A stretch of 64,000 nt of DNA, taken from positions 79,670,001-79,734,000 of the forward strand of contig OX597830.1 in assembly GCA_951406725.2 (NCBI GenBank), read 5' to 3'. Positions 62,027-64,000 of the stretch are shown here, one piece after another (position 1 is the first letter of the stretch; every line of letters starts with the position of its first letter). The notes beneath the pieces were generated by a model, which saw only the letters and a program-made list of their open reading frames with translations, was not told where the DNA came from and did not search any database. The position numbers were made by a program, and so were the translations under genes. The stretch is from Octopus vulgaris (taxonomy: Eukaryota).

Positions 62027-64000
62027 TATTTTGACATTTTGAAAAAGAACGTCTGAATCATATTTTGTTTAAATGTAGGAATACAAACATATAAAATGAA
62101 TTTCGAAAATGTTCAAAAGTGAAGATTTTGTGGTGTAGTTGGATGAAAAGTTAATAAAAACAATATTGTTTTTAAAATATCGGAATAGTGTCGAAACTAC
62201 AGGGAGAAACTATAAATTATAGATTTTTAAAAGGAATTGATTAACATTCCTAAGAGTTCACAGATAACGAAGCATGTGTTACATCATTTCTGCAAAAGTT
62301 CGAAAGCATTTGATCAGGGATCAGAAAATTAGCCAAAGGTTTGAGGATAAACAAAATAATCATAAAACAGATACATACGATTGCTAAATTTCAAGTCACT
62401 TCATCAAAGCCAAACTGTTCAATTCAGTTTCTTTAAGTAGAATGATGCGGTCTTAACCTCACACCCACACATTCAATAGTGAAGCGCATTGAAGTATAAC
62501 AGAGATCATACTGATTATAAAGAAAAACGGTAACCTTAAACCGAAAGTCAAATCTATTTATCAGGAGGCCGTGACAGCTGCAATTTGCCACTCCTATATA
62601 AGATCATACAATGCATTCTAATGGTGACAAAACTTAAGAATACACTAACATGACAGGTCAAATGACAAAATTTGTATACTTACGTAATCCAATATACATT
62701 CATGTAGACATCCATCCGTACATCCATCCATTCATCCGTTCATATATACATACATACATATATACATACATACACACATACATACATATATACATGCATA
62801 CACACATACATAAACACATGCTTATATACATAGATACATAAATTTATGGATACATATGCATATATAAATACATGAATGCATACGTATATATATATATACG
62901 TACATGCTTATATACATACATACATGCATACATACAGACATACATGCATAATCTTTTAACCACCAAATGTCTAAGTGCATCTCTTGACCAGGTTTGCATA
63001 TATGAGGCTAAGATCATAAGACTTGGAAAACGGCTCCTTGAGCAGCATTTCTTGTCTGATAAGCTTAAATACATATCAAAAAAGCCGCACGACTCTACCA
63101 CGGTATGTCATCAGATGAAAAGATGAGCGCATATCAGCAGAAGCCCATGCATGTATATGTGAGTAGGAAGCACCGAGATAATAGTAACATTTGTCACTAA
63201 AGCTGTCTATTATAGACCAGCAACCAGATTCCTACTTCCCACCTTCACTTGAAGGGTATGCGGTTGCAATCCAGGGATATGAAATATCAAACAAATATAC
63301 GATGCACAAAAGAAGAGAGATACATGAAAAGCAGTAATATATGAAAACCTATGCAGTTGTTCGAAAATGTCATCACAGTATTAGCTACCGATGAGATATG
63401 ATGTAGTAGCTAGGACATTGTATATAACGAGTTCCGTCGGAAGCATAAACCCGAGAACAAAGAAGAACCCACGGTATGGTAGACTCCATATCCATTTATA
63501 ATAAAAAGGAGTACTGGTGAAATGCTCCACTGGAAACCTCAATAAATTATAAACCTATTATACGTGGTATAATCATTTGGGATAGAGAAGAGAGACTGTG
63601 TATAGTTGTGGAAGTCAACTCCCCTGCAGATGTTAACATAAAGCCGAAGAGAAGCGAAAGAGAAAATACGCTGAAAAATAAAATACCTACGCAAAATCTG
63701 CAGTTACTCTAATCAGATTACAAGTTCGTGTTTATACCTGTAATTATTAGGGCACTAGTATATGTAACACAATGCGTAAATACCAGTCTTGAGTAATTGG
63801 ACTTCTCAAACTCAGAAAGAAGAAAGCTAATTCGAAGACTACAGATCCAAGCAATCAATGGAACTCTAAATATCTTATAAAATTTTCCAGAGGCTTATAG
63901 TTTAAGTATATATGAGTATGTCTAGATATGCAAGTATATGCATTGGAATACATACATAAAACAAAAAATATCTTATAAAATTTTCCAGAGGCTTATCATT
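60980..64000. repeat. Tandem array unit 4 (cut by the window end)
   Basis: Colinear with 35693-38703. Confidence 0.97.

Overview
AT-rich, microsatellite-dense animal DNA. It is most likely an octopod cephalopod, inferred only from my recollection of the SINE/MITE families. Most long ORFs in the track are (TA)n/(TACA)n artefacts. Real coding signal comes almost entirely from retroelements: CR1-like LINEs (one nearly intact 5'-truncated ORF2 at 1944-4298), decayed R4/Dong, Tx1/L1, RTE and HERO fragments, and several Penelope-like elements (PLEs), including a young RT+GIY-YIG copy at ~57453-60692. From ~35690 to the end, the window is a near-identical ~7.3 kb tandem array (3 full units plus part of a 4th). 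Less obvious features: (i) three small minus-strand candidate exons of an unidentified host gene, two of which sit in a duplicated block whose introns are conserved while the exon is almost unalignable; (ii) a set of minimal hammerhead ribozyme motifs with C3:G8, U3:A8 and G3:C8 core variants, some in short fold-back non-autonomous elements with target-site duplications; (iii) a 144-nt hairpin with periodic tandem GA mismatches and a GCGAAAGC tip beside a Crypton-like ORF end; (iv) a 96-bp templated insertion into a (TA)n tract. All alignments were done by eye and no database search was possible.
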